Shown one piece after another: positions 30,036 through 39,869 of a stretch of 64,000 bases of DNA. Under the pieces are notes generated by a model. That model had not been told where the DNA came from. It saw only the letters and a list, made by a program, of their open reading frames with translations, and ran no database searches. The DNA lies in NCBI GenBank assembly GCA_965216875.1, contig OZ244207.1:6880001-6944000 (forward strand), given 5' to 3'. This DNA is from Rubripirellula sp. GTDB taxonomy: Bacteria; Planctomycetota; Planctomycetia; Pirellulales; Pirellulaceae. The stretch's first letter is position 1, and each line of letters starts with the position of its first letter. Both the position numbers and the translations under genes were made by a program.

Positions 30036-32195
30036 ATGCACGCCAAGGATTGGTGTTTCATCATCACGACGATCGTCGTTTTGGGCGGAGGAGAACACCT
30101 CTATGCCCAGACCAGCGACGGGCAATCTCGGGAACGGATACCGAACGATCACCAAGTTGCGCTGACCTCGGCAGTCGAGTTGGCTGTCGAAACGCTTCAT
30201 GCCGAAGCCGCGATTCCAGAACCGATTCTCGATCCCGAGCCAGCGGCCGACGAAGGATTCGAAGACGACGAGCTGGACGCTCTTCTCGATCAAGACATCA
30301 CCAGCTTGCGGCGCGAATCAGTCGCCCCCGCGTTGGACATGGAAGTGTCAACGGTCTCGCGGCAAACGAGCACCGTTGGCCGATCACCCGCAGCGGTGTT
30401 CGTTATCAGCGAAGAGATGATTCGTCGCAGTGGTGCGCGAACCATTCCCGAGACGTTGCGAATGGTCCCGGGGCTTCACGTCGCTCACATCGATGGCAGC
30501 AAGTGGAGTATCAGCAGTCGAGGGTTTGCGAGTCGGTTTGCCAACAAGCTGCTTGTTCAAATTGACGGGCGCACGGTCTATACGCCACTTTTCGGCGGTG
30601 TCTTTTGGGATGTTCAAGACCTGCTGTTGGATGATGTCAAACGGATCGAGGTGATCCGAGGGCCCGGCGGTACGATTTGGGGAGCCAACGCGGTCAACGG
30701 CGTGATCAACATCATCACCAAGTCAGCCGCAGAAACTCATGGCGCCTATGCACATGCCGGGGGCGGCAACGTCTTGCAAGGATTCGCAGGCGCACGACTT
30801 GGCAATCGAACCGAAAAAGGTGTCGATTGGCGCGTCTCAGGAAAGTGGTACGACCGCGATCAATTTCATGACCCACAAGGTCGCGCCGATGACTACTCCC
30901 AGCAGGGACGACTCAGCTTTCGTACCGACTGGACGACCAAGAGTTGTGATCAGGTGACGTTTCAGGGGGACTACTACAACGGCGATAACGGGCTGTCGCA
31001 CGATCGCCCTGTTTTTGGATTCGCGTTGGATGAAGAAGAACTCGGCGGTGGGAACGTTCTCGGACGTTGGACGCGGGTCCTGAGCGACGATTCGGACATG
31101 TCGCTTCAGCTCTACTATGACCGCACGGATCGACTGCTGGCTGGATTTGACCAAGACACCAACACGATCGATATCGACTTCCAGCACCGATTCTCGCCTT
31201 GGCAATACCATCAGGTGATCTGGGGATTGGGTTATCGAAATATCTGGGACCGACTCAAGAACACCCGTAATCCGGCCTTTGTCAACGTTAGTCAAGAACG
31301 TCGAACGCTCGAACGCATCTCGGCATTCATTCAAGACGAGATGACGTTGATTGAAGACGAGCTCTACCTGACCATCGGCACCAAGCTATCGAACAACACG
31401 TACACCGATTTTGAAATTCAACCGAGCGCGCGATTCCTGTGGTTGCCACGCGAAGATAGCGTCGTTTGGGGTGCCGTCTCGCGAGCGGTTCGAACTCCGT
31501 TCCGAGTTTCCGAAGACTTGGTGGCCCTCGGCCCTGCTTTGCCTTCACCGCCATTCCCGGCCAACACGCCAACGGTGGTTCGCGGCAATCGCGACATGGC
31601 TTCCGAGGAAGTGGTTGCATTCGAATTGGGTTTCCGTCGCCAAGTCAGTGAAGATTTTGCTTGGGACGCGGCGCTGTTCTACAACATCTACGACGAACTG
31701 CTCTCGACACGCAACGTTGTGCCAGGAGCGGGGTTCCCTTTTGTTGATTTCTTCAACGGAGGCGAAGCGGACACGTGGGGCGTCGAGATTTCAGCACTCG
31801 CTCGGATGACGGATCGTTGGACGCTGCGAGGCTGGTATTCGTACTTGAACATCGATGCGAGATTGAGCCCGCTGTCAAACACGACGCCAGCTGAAACAAA
31901 CGATGCCACACCGAAGAACCAAGCCTACTTGATGTCGACCTGGAACCCGCGGTGCAACATCGATATCGACTTGATGGCTCGATACGCCGATGTGATTCCA
32001 TTTCACAACGTGCCAAGTTACATCACGATGGACTTGCGTTACGCATGGCGACCAAACCGAAACCTCGAGCTTGCGGTTGTCGGACAAAACTTGCTCGATA
32101 CCTATCATCCCGAGTATCGAGGTAGCCGCTTTACGAGCGAGATTTCAACCGAAGTTCCGCGCGGTGTGTATGGGATGTTCACGCTTCGATACTAG
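30036..32195 (+). CDS. TonB-dependent receptor (plug plus beta-barrel)
   Basis: EVSTVSR, PAAVFVIS.E.IRRSGA..IPE.LR.VPG, ISSRGF, RIEVIRGPG..IWGANAVNGVINIITK, QNLLD, C-terminal GMFTLRY; AAGGGG RBS before 30036. Confidence 0.93.
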   Translation: MHAKDWCFIITTIVVLGGGEHLYAQTSDGQSRERIPNDHQVALTSAVELAVETLHAEAAIPEPILDPEPAADEGFEDDELDALLDQDITSLRRESVAPALDMEVSTVSRQTSTVGRSPAAVFVISEEMIRRSGARTIPETLRMVPGLHVAHIDGSKWSISSRGFASRFANKLLVQIDGRTVYTPLFGGVFWDVQDLLLDDVKRIEVIRGPGGTIWGANAVNGVINIITKSAAETHGAYAHAGGGNVLQGFAGARLGNRTEKGVDWRVSGKWYDRDQFHDPQGRADDYSQQGRLSFRTDWTTKSCDQVTFQGDYYNGDNGLSHDRPVFGFALDEEELGGGNVLGRWTRVLSDDSDMSLQLYYDRTDRLLAGFDQDTNTIDIDFQHRFSPWQYHQVIWGLGYRNIWDRLKNTRNPAFVNVSQERRTLERISAFIQDEMTLIEDELYLTIGTKLSNNTYTDFEIQPSARFLWLPREDSVVWGAVSRAVRTPFRVSEDLVALGPALPSPPFPANTPTVVRGNRDMASEEVVAFELGFRRQVSEDFAWDAALFYNIYDELLSTRNVVPGAGFPFVDFFNGGEADTWGVEISALARMTDRWTLRGWYSYLNIDARLSPLSNTTPAETNDATPKNQAYLMSTWNPRCNIDIDLMARYADVIPFHNVPSYITMDLRYAWRPNRNLELAVVGQNLLDTYHPEYRGSRFTSEISTEVPRGVYGMFTLRY

Positions 32196-32295
32196 AGACC
32201 ACTACACGAACAATCAAAACACTTCCTGAGTTGAACACCGCGTTTGCGACCTGAGAGTCCTTGCGACGAGAACGAATTGAGACCTGACGAAAAGA

Positions 32296-32949
32296 ATGAT
32301 CCACTACGCTAACCAACAACCGACGACGCCAGCGAGCGAGCGGAACGCTTGTACCGCTCACGCGCGTCGAGGCGCGCCACGGGGCACGCGCTGGGGAGTG
32401 CTGTGGGTGTGCATGGTGTTGTTGGCGGCAGTGTCATGTCCGGAGCGTGCGCCCGCACAACAAGCGGCGATGGCTCGCGAGTACAAGGTGAAGGTTGCCT
32501 ACATCTACAACTTCACTCGCTACGTCAAATGGCCGAAACGAGCGTTTTCCAACGATCAATCACCCTTCGTGATTGCTGTGTTCGGTGCCGATCCGTTGGG
32601 GTCAACGCTCGACAAGCTCCAGAAACGCAAAGCGTCTGGTCGGCCTATCATCACGCGCCGCTACCAATCGCTCGACGAAGTCGGCCAGGCACACATTCTG
32701 TTTATCGCCGGGCCACGCGATGAAAGTGTTGACGAATTACTCGCTGGTCAGCTTGGCAATAAGCCGATTCTCGTTGTCTGCCAACAGCCCGGCTTGGGCG
32801 TCTCGGGTGCTCCCGTCAATTTCTTTCTCGATAACGATGGGACGGTGGGTTTCGAATTGAATGTCGACGCGATTCAACGACGAGGTCTTAGTGCCGACGC
32901 ACAACTGATGAACATTGCTCGAGTGGTTCGTGATGGAGGGAAGCAATGA
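32296..32949 (+). CDS. YfiR-family (DUF4154) periplasmic regulator
   Basis: EYKVKVAYIYNFTRYVKWP, I.VFG.DP, HILFI, VGFELN...RRGL..DAQLM.IA; true start may be downstream. Confidence 0.9.
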   Translation: MIHYANQQPTTPASERNACTAHARRGAPRGTRWGVLWVCMVLLAAVSCPERAPAQQAAMAREYKVKVAYIYNFTRYVKWPKRAFSNDQSPFVIAVFGADPLGSTLDKLQKRKASGRPIITRRYQSLDEVGQAHILFIAGPRDESVDELLAGQLGNKPILVVCQQPGLGVSGAPVNFFLDNDGTVGFELNVDAIQRRGLSADAQLMNIARVVRDGGKQ

Positions 32950-34700
32950 GATTCCTTCGAAATCTATCAATACGCTACAAGCTTCCGGCGCTGACGGCGA
33001 TCACGACAACGATGGCATTGGCCATCTGCTGCATTGTCTTCGTTAGCAAAGACATTCGCTTGATGCGTGAGTCAAAGGTAAGCCAGCTGACCGCGATTGC
33101 TGACATCCTAGCCGAAAATAGTTCTGCGGCATTGTCGTTTCATCAGCAAGATGCTGCCGTGGCGCTGCTGGAGTCACTTTCCGAGCGACCAACGATCATG
33201 TCGGCTTGGATGCTCGATGACACATCCGAGGTCTTTGCCCAGTACAGCCGCGAAGAAGGCGGCAAATTCCCAGCGTACGTTGACGACCGCTTGTACCACT
33301 ACGCCGAGGATGGTTCGCTCTTTGTTTGGGTGCCGATCGAGGATGAAGGCGAAACGTTGGGCATGATCGTCGTGCACGATTCGCTGGACGATCTGCACGC
33401 AAACATCAACGACGCGATCTGGATCACGGTCGTCGTGTTGGTGATCTGCATCATCGTCGGTCTTAGCCTTGCCCTGCCGATGAACCGAATCCTTTCGAAG
33501 CCGCTTCTGGATCTTGCGACAACGGTCCAGCAAATCTCGGCTGGTTCTGATTTCTTTACGATTCGAGCCCACCATGAATCGCACGACGAAATCGGAGTGC
33601 TCTACGACGAATTCAATGCCATGTTGCAGCGGATTCAAGAACGCGACGAGGTGATCGGAAAGGCGCACCACGAGCTGAAGGCCGCAAACGACCAGCTCGA
33701 GGAGCGAGTCAAAGAACGGACGCAGATGCTCGAGCACGCCAACGACAAGCTAAAGCTCGAAATGAACGAACGCGTCGCAGCGTCCAAAGCGTTGTCGGAT
33801 GCTCAGGATGAATTGATCGAAGCATCACGAAAAGCGGGTATGGCCGATGTCGCCAATAGCGTCCTGCACAACGTTGGCAACGTCCTGAACAGTTTGAACG
33901 TCTCCTCTGCGGTGATCACCGAACGCGTCAAGGAAATGCGGGTCACAAAGCTTCAGCAGTGTATCGCGATGATCTTGAACTACGAAGGCGACCTGACCGA
34001 CTTCCTAACCAATGACGCCAAGGGAAAGATCATCCCTGAGTACCTTCCGAACTTGGTGGATAACATCACTTCGGATCAACAACACGTTCTTTGTGAACTC
34101 GAGTCGTTAACAAAGAACGTTGAACACATCAAAGACATTGTCCGAGCCCAACAATCGCATGCGGGTGCATTCGGCGTGATCGAAGTCTGTGAAGCCGAGG
34201 AGTTGATGGAGGATGCATTGCAATTCTCAATCGATTCGATCAAACGCCATGGGATTGAACTGCAACGCGAATATGAAGAGGTCGGTGACATTCAGGTCGA
34301 AAAGGCGCGGCTACTTCAGATCCTTGTGAACCTCATCAAGAACGCTAAGGAATCGGTCTTGTCCGATGAGAACTATGACCGAAGCGTTATCTTGGGGGTT
34401 GGTCCGGCCGATGACGAACACGTGCGCTACTATGTTCGTGACTCAGGAATGGGAATTGAGCCAGCGAAGTTGACCAAGATCTTTTCGCACGGCTTCACGA
34501 CAAAAGCCAATGGGCATGGGTTCGGTTTGCACGCGTCAGCTAACTTTGCCCGCGAGATGGGCGGAAGCCTTACCGCCGATAGCGACGGCGTTGGCCAGGG
34601 CGCCACTTTCACAATCGTACTGCCGCGGCGACGCGACAAAACCACCAGTCCGATGGTGAAGTCACCCGCCCCAGTGAACCAGGCGGCGTCCTGTCTGTAA
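32946..34700 (+). CDS. Sensor histidine kinase (TM-CHASE8-like-TM-HAMP-HisKA-HATPase)
   Basis: [14 protein letters not shown]...AA..LL.SL, HAMP DEIGVLY..FNAML, H-box [38 protein letters not shown]. Confidence 0.93.
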   Translation: MRFLRNLSIRYKLPALTAITTTMALAICCIVFVSKDIRLMRESKVSQLTAIADILAENSSAALSFHQQDAAVALLESLSERPTIMSAWMLDDTSEVFAQYSREEGGKFPAYVDDRLYHYAEDGSLFVWVPIEDEGETLGMIVVHDSLDDLHANINDAIWITVVVLVICIIVGLSLALPMNRILSKPLLDLATTVQQISAGSDFFTIRAHHESHDEIGVLYDEFNAMLQRIQERDEVIGKAHHELKAANDQLEERVKERTQMLEHANDKLKLEMNERVAASKALSDAQDELIEASRKAGMADVANSVLHNVGNVLNSLNVSSAVITERVKEMRVTKLQQCIAMILNYEGDLTDFLTNDAKGKIIPEYLPNLVDNITSDQQHVLCELESLTKNVEHIKDIVRAQQSHAGAFGVIEVCEAEELMEDALQFSIDSIKRHGIELQREYEEVGDIQVEKARLLQILVNLIKNAKESVLSDENYDRSVILGVGPADDEHVRYYVRDSGMGIEPAKLTKIFSHGFTTKANGHGFGLHASANFAREMGGSLTADSDGVGQGATFTIVLPRRRDKTTSPMVKSPAPVNQAASCL

Positions 34701-34826
34701 CGATTCTCGCGAATGCGACGGTATTATTTGTTCGGCATTCCGAAAGGAAATCCCGATCCATTTGTTGTTGCGTATTCCTGGTCGTAGTGTTTCGCGTCTG
34801 GTCGGTTTCTGAACACCGATGCGGAT

Positions 34827-36116
34827 ATGAATACGCAACACGACTGGGGCAGGTCAGTGGGAATCCTTAATCTAGAAAACCGACGCATACTCATTGTGGA
34901 TGACAATACTGCCATCCATGATGACTTCAATAAGATCCTTGGGGCAACCGAATCCTCAAGTGACCTCGATGCGCACGAAGCCGCATTGTTCGGTGAAGCG
35001 TCATCGACGACACCAAGTTCCGTTCCCGATTTTGAGCTGAAAAGCGCATTTCAAGGGCGCGATGCGATCAACATGGTGCAAGACGCCACCGAGATCGGGA
35101 CCCCTTTTGCATTGGCTTTCGTCGACATGCGAATGCCACCAGGCATCGATGGTCTGGAAACCATTCGAGGGATCTGGGAAATCGATTCGCGACTCCACGT
35201 TGTGATCTGTAGCGCCTACAGCGACTACACCAGTGGCCAAATCTTGGAAGAGCTTGGCCAAACCGACCGCCTACTGATCCTGAAGAAGCCATTTGAGCCC
35301 GATGAGGTTCGACTTGCGGCGGTCACCATGACACGCAAGTGGTACGAGGCTGCATTGGCGAGTCAAAAGACCGAGGGACTTCAACGCGAAGTGTCGCGCA
35401 AGACGGAACATGTCGAACGCACACGCGACGCCATGATGTTTGCTCTGGCGCAGCTCGCCGAATCGCGTGATACAGAGACCGGACAACACCTCGATCGCAT
35501 GCGAGCTTATTCGCAGATCCTCGCTGGCCAACTTGCCGCCGTGGGGCCTTACAAGAATGAAATTGATCAGCAGTTTCTCGACGACCTTTACCGCAGCAGC
35601 CCGCTGCACGATATCGGCAAGGTCGGGATTCCAGATGCGATCTTGCTGAAGCCGGGGCGGCTGACGTCTGAAGAATATGACGTGATGAAACAACACGTTG
35701 CGATCGGCACGAGTACGATCCGCGATGCGATCGAACGAATTGGCGACAAAACGTCATTGCAGATGGCCGCGGAAATCGTCGAATTTCATCATGAACGATT
35801 CGATGGCACCGGCTACCTGCAAGGGCTGAAAGGGATCGAGATTCCGCTTTCGGCAAGAATCGTTGCCTTGGCCGATGTCTTTGATGCGATTTCGTCACGT
35901 CGCGTCTACAAAGACGCCGTCGACCCGAACAAAACGAAAGAGATCATCGTTTCCGAGAGTGGAAAACACTTTGATCCCGTGATTGTCGACGCATTCAACC
36001 AATGCTTCGACAAGTTTCTTGAAGTGGGAAGCTTTGAAAAGCGCGAAGAAGCGTCGGCATTGCCGCTGCCGTTTCCAGCGCCGCCGATGTCGGCTTCCAC
36101 GGCAGCAGCCATCTAA
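34827..36116 (+). CDS. Response regulator with HD-GYP domain (putative cyclic-dinucleotide phosphodiesterase)
   Basis: RILIVDD, FVDMRMPPG.DG, KPF receiver; ETGQHLDR, PLHDIGKVGIPD, HHERFDGTGYL, ARIVALADVFDA. Confidence 0.93.
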   Translation: MNTQHDWGRSVGILNLENRRILIVDDNTAIHDDFNKILGATESSSDLDAHEAALFGEASSTTPSSVPDFELKSAFQGRDAINMVQDATEIGTPFALAFVDMRMPPGIDGLETIRGIWEIDSRLHVVICSAYSDYTSGQILEELGQTDRLLILKKPFEPDEVRLAAVTMTRKWYEAALASQKTEGLQREVSRKTEHVERTRDAMMFALAQLAESRDTETGQHLDRMRAYSQILAGQLAAVGPYKNEIDQQFLDDLYRSSPLHDIGKVGIPDAILLKPGRLTSEEYDVMKQHVAIGTSTIRDAIERIGDKTSLQMAAEIVEFHHERFDGTGYLQGLKGIEIPLSARIVALADVFDAISSRRVYKDAVDPNKTKEIIVSESGKHFDPVIVDAFNQCFDKFLEVGSFEKREEASALPLPFPAPPMSASTAAAI

Positions 36117-36162
36117 ACAAAAGGCTGTCGGTCGACAGAATCAATGGCGAGTGATCGGCGAG

Positions 36163-38499
36163 TCACTCGTCCGACGGCTGGATGCTGTCGATTGCCTTAC
36201 GAACAAAGTCGCGAAAACGTCGATCTCGATCGTTTTCGAATTCTTTGAGAAGCGGGAGCGCCTCTTTGGCCTCTGGTCCGATTTTTCGTAGCAGCGAGAC
36301 GGCATAGTATCGCCGCCTGCGGTCGCCGGATTTGAGTCCTTCGATCAGCACGGGGATCGCGTCGGCGTCGGCGTCGTCGATATCGCGAAGAGCCCCACGA
36401 GCGGCATCTTCGTCTTCGTCGTTTTCGAGCATTCGAAACAACGTCGGCACTGCCGACTTTGCGGCTGGACCAATGTCACCCAATGCAAGGGCTGCGTCGC
36501 GACGAATCACCCATTGGTCATCTCCCAATGCTTCGATCAAGTGCGGCACGGCGGATTGAGGCTGCGGTGCAATCTTTGCAATGGCGTTGACGGCGGCGAT
36601 CCGAAGTTCGGGTGAATCATGTTTGATGAAGGGAGCGATTTCGGGCACGCAATTGCTGGCCGACTTCCCGAACTTTTGCAAGCTCGATAGCGTCGCTGCG
36701 ATGGCGGATTCATCGTCATCGGCGAACAGTTTTTTGAGTTGACCGATCGTTTCGTTGTCGCTTGCCCCGATGTTGCCAAGCGCCGTTGCGGCCGCGGCCC
36801 GCACATCCCCGTTGTCATCGGACAAGCAAACCCGCAGTGCTTCGATCGAATCTTTCGCTTCCGTTCCGGCGCGACCCAACGTGTGAGCGGCTTGAGCGCG
36901 AACGGCAGGTTCCGGATCGCCGAGTGCATCGGTCAGTGGCTTTGCCAACGACTTGATTAATCCGTCGTGTTTTCCAACCGCCTCCATTGTCGATCGTCGA
37001 ACCGAAGGCGTCTCGTCGACGAGTGTGGTCGCGAAGACTTCCGAAAGCGAATCGGGTTGGCTACTGATTTCGGCGAGCGCGATGACTGCGGCAGCACGGA
37101 TTTCAGGTGATTCGTCGGTTGCCGCGTCACGCACCTGGGCTGTGAATTCAGAAGCGGCGCTCGATGCGTTGCCGATTGCCCAGATCGCTGCCGCGCGGAC
37201 TGAGTCGGATGAATCGTTCATGCGTTCCGCAATCGGTTCGATTGCTTCCTTGGGCATCGGCATGATTGCACCAAGAGCACGCAGGCTGCGAATACGAACG
37301 TCAACGCGATCACTTTGAGTCGCTTCGATCAACGGTGGGACTGCCCTTCCGCCGACAGCGGCCAAACAATCAGCAAGCTTGACATCGTCGCCGGTTGAAT
37401 CGAGCAAGACGGGTACGGCGTCGGGACCAATCCTTGCGATCGCGCGGACCACAGCCGCATGAATCGGTTCCGCATCTTCGTCGGCACTCACGTTCATCGC
37501 CACCAACAGGTCATCGAGTGCCGGCGCTCCCTCGGGCCCCATCATCCCAACCGCTGCTGCAGCGAGTTGCCGCGTCTGCAGATCGTCGCCACGAAGCATT
37601 TTGGCAAGGTGCGGCATCAAGTCCGACGAGGCGGAACCGAGATGTTGCATGCCAACAAATCCAGCGCCGCGGACTGCGGCGTCTTCGTTAGCCAATCCGC
37701 GAGCGACCACGGGAACGAGTTGTTCACGATCCACCTTTGACTTGGCCAAAGCAATCAAGAGCGATGCATGCGTCTGTCCCGCCGATGGGTCACTTGCCAC
37801 GGCTTCAATAGCGGTTTCAATTTGAGCGATGCCACCCTCATCGGAGACAACCATTCGGCTGAGCGCAAAGGCGGCTCCCTGCTTGGTGTTTTCACTGCCC
37901 TGTTGGAGGGTTTTCAGCAGTTTCGACTGGACGTGCGGCATTTGCGACAACGTTTCGGCAGCGGTCTGCCGCACCGTTTCCTCACGGTCGTCGAGGGTGG
38001 TGATCAGACGGTCGATCACGTCATCCGATTTGAGGTCGCACCAACCCAATGCCCGGGCTGCACCGGAGCGGACGCGTGATGAGTCGTCTTGGAGTGCTTC
38101 GACCAAAGCGGGAACGGCATCGTCGCCAATCATGCCGAGCGCATATGCAGCGCGGTAGCGGCGTTGATCCTCGGAGTCCGAAAGGCATCGTATCAGCGGT
38201 TCGGTTGCGGAATGGGCGTCGGGACCAATCTTGGCGAGCGCCATCACCACCAAGTTGGCAAGTTGGTCATCGCGATCTCTCACCAATTCACTTAACGTCG
38301 GCACAGCGGCCGCCGCCGAAGGGCCGAGCTTGCCAATGGCAATGGCGGCATCGCGGCGCACTTGCAGGTCGTTGTCCTCGAGTTGGCCAATCAGATCTTT
38401 GACCGACGGTTCGTCGCCACGCAAAGGTCCGACTGCAAACACCGAGAGGGCAATTGCGATGACAAAGGCGCGCATGGAAAGGGTGGGTAGGTGGCTCAT
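36163..38499 (-). CDS. Exported HEAT-repeat (PBS lyase-like) protein
   Basis: Signal peptide then many L.D....VR..AA.ALG.IG..A..AVP.L repeats over the whole length. Confidence 0.93.
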   Translation of the reverse strand: MSHLPTLSMRAFVIAIALSVFAVGPLRGDEPSVKDLIGQLEDNDLQVRRDAAIAIGKLGPSAAAAVPTLSELVRDRDDQLANLVVMALAKIGPDAHSATEPLIRCLSDSEDQRRYRAAYALGMIGDDAVPALVEALQDDSSRVRSGAARALGWCDLKSDDVIDRLITTLDDREETVRQTAAETLSQMPHVQSKLLKTLQQGSENTKQGAAFALSRMVVSDEGGIAQIETAIEAVASDPSAGQTHASLLIALAKSKVDREQLVPVVARGLANEDAAVRGAGFVGMQHLGSASSDLMPHLAKMLRGDDLQTRQLAAAAVGMMGPEGAPALDDLLVAMNVSADEDAEPIHAAVVRAIARIGPDAVPVLLDSTGDDVKLADCLAAVGGRAVPPLIEATQSDRVDVRIRSLRALGAIMPMPKEAIEPIAERMNDSSDSVRAAAIWAIGNASSAASEFTAQVRDAATDESPEIRAAAVIALAEISSQPDSLSEVFATTLVDETPSVRRSTMEAVGKHDGLIKSLAKPLTDALGDPEPAVRAQAAHTLGRAGTEAKDSIEALRVCLSDDNGDVRAAAATALGNIGASDNETIGQLKKLFADDDESAIAATLSSLQKFGKSASNCVPEIAPFIKHDSPELRIAAVNAIAKIAPQPQSAVPHLIEALGDDQWVIRRDAALALGDIGPAAKSAVPTLFRMLENDEDEDAARGALRDIDDADADAIPVLIEGLKSGDRRRRYYAVSLLRKIGPEAKEALPLLKEFENDRDRRFRDFVRKAIDSIQPSDE

Positions 38500-38507
38500 C
38501 GTTTCTA

Positions 38508-39869
38508 TTAGATTTGCAAACCTGGCAAACGGCCCGTGCTGTCACCAATAAACGGTGCGGGAGCACCGACGCGATCGAGCATCGACATGAACAGGTTGCA
38601 CATCGGTGTTTCGGTCGAATGGCGAAGGTGACGCCCCGGATCGATCGTGCCACCGCCGCGTCCGGCCAACAGAATGGGAAGGTTTTCGTTGTTGTGGCGA
38701 TTGCCATCACTCAATGCGCTGCCGTAGCAGATCATTGAATGATCCAGCAACGTTCCCTCGCCTTCAGGAATCGACTGCATGCGTTCAAGAAGGTACGCCA
38801 ACTGCGAAGTGTGGAAGCGATTGATTTCCGAGATCTTGGCCAGCTTTTTAGGGTCGCCGCCGTGGTGTGACAGGTCGTGGTGACCGTCGGGAACTTCGAT
38901 TTGGCGATAACTGCGATTGCTACCCGCGTTGGCGAACATGAACGATGCAACTTGGGTCGTGTCGGTTTGGAATGCCAGAACCATGATGTCTGACAACAAC
39001 CGAATGTGCTCGCCGTAGTCTTTGGGAATTCCAGCTGGCGCGGGATAGTCGACTGTTGCGTTGATCGGCTCCAGACCGTCTTTTTCACTTCTTTCGATGC
39101 GACGTTCAATTTCGCGGACGCCCGTTAGGTATTCATCGAGCTTTCTTACGTCGCCCATGCCAAGCTTCTTCTGCAGCTGGCTTGCATCCTCTTTGATGAA
39201 ATCGAGGATGCTCTTGTTCAGGGCGTCGCGGCGTTGTTGATTCTCGTCGACTTCTTTTTTCGTGCCGCCTGCGAACAGACGTTCAAAAGCCAAACGAGGG
39301 TTGATCTCTTTACTGACCGGCGTCGAATCCGAGGACCAAGAAATGTTGTTCGAATACGCACAGCTATAGCCTGAATCGCAGTTTCCGGCGTTACGGCCTT
39401 GCTCGCAGCCGAGTTCAATGGACGCAAATTTGGTGCGTTCACCAATCGCTTGAGCTGCCCATTGATCGACCGAAATGCCCGAGCGAATGTTCGCCCCGTT
39501 TGTTTTTCTCGGTTGCGAACCGGTCAAAAAGACCGAAGCACTGCGAGCATGGTCGCCCGGTCCGTCGCCATTGCTGCGTCCTTTGTCGTGAGTCAGCCCG
39601 CTGATCACCAACAGCTCATCGCGAACGCGCGATAGAGGCTCGAGGATGTAGGGCAAGTCATACCCGTAGCCGACTCGCTTGGGCGTCCATTGTGAAAGGT
39701 GAACGCCGTTGGGAACAAAGATGAATCCCATGCGCGTGGGGACGCTTGCTGTCGCACTCGAGGCGAGCGCCGGTGTCGGCAGGAGCGAATCGAAGAAAGG
39801 CAGCCCCAACGAGACGCCAAGACCTCGAAGCACATTGCGACGAGAAAGTTTGGATGGTTTGTCGTTCAT
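38508..39869 (-). CDS. DUF1552 (HXXSHH-family) Tat-exported protein
   Basis: SRRNVLRGLG..LGLP, GDHAR, CDSGYSCAY, HHDLSHH, GTLLD, PMCNLFMSML; TAATG overlap with upstream gene at 39869. Confidence 0.95.
   Translation of the reverse strand: MNDKPSKLSRRNVLRGLGVSLGLPFFDSLLPTPALASSATASVPTRMGFIFVPNGVHLSQWTPKRVGYGYDLPYILEPLSRVRDELLVISGLTHDKGRSNGDGPGDHARSASVFLTGSQPRKTNGANIRSGISVDQWAAQAIGERTKFASIELGCEQGRNAGNCDSGYSCAYSNNISWSSDSTPVSKEINPRLAFERLFAGGTKKEVDENQQRRDALNKSILDFIKEDASQLQKKLGMGDVRKLDEYLTGVREIERRIERSEKDGLEPINATVDYPAPAGIPKDYGEHIRLLSDIMVLAFQTDTTQVASFMFANAGSNRSYRQIEVPDGHHDLSHHGGDPKKLAKISEINRFHTSQLAYLLERMQSIPEGEGTLLDHSMICYGSALSDGNRHNNENLPILLAGRGGGTIDPGRHLRHSTETPMCNLFMSMLDRVGAPAPFIGDSTGRLPGLQI

Noticed and set aside
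35788..35820. GYL instead of GYP as a sign of an inactive HD-GYP domain
   Set aside because: Metal ligands (HD, HH, D) are intact; this single change is not enough to infer inactivity
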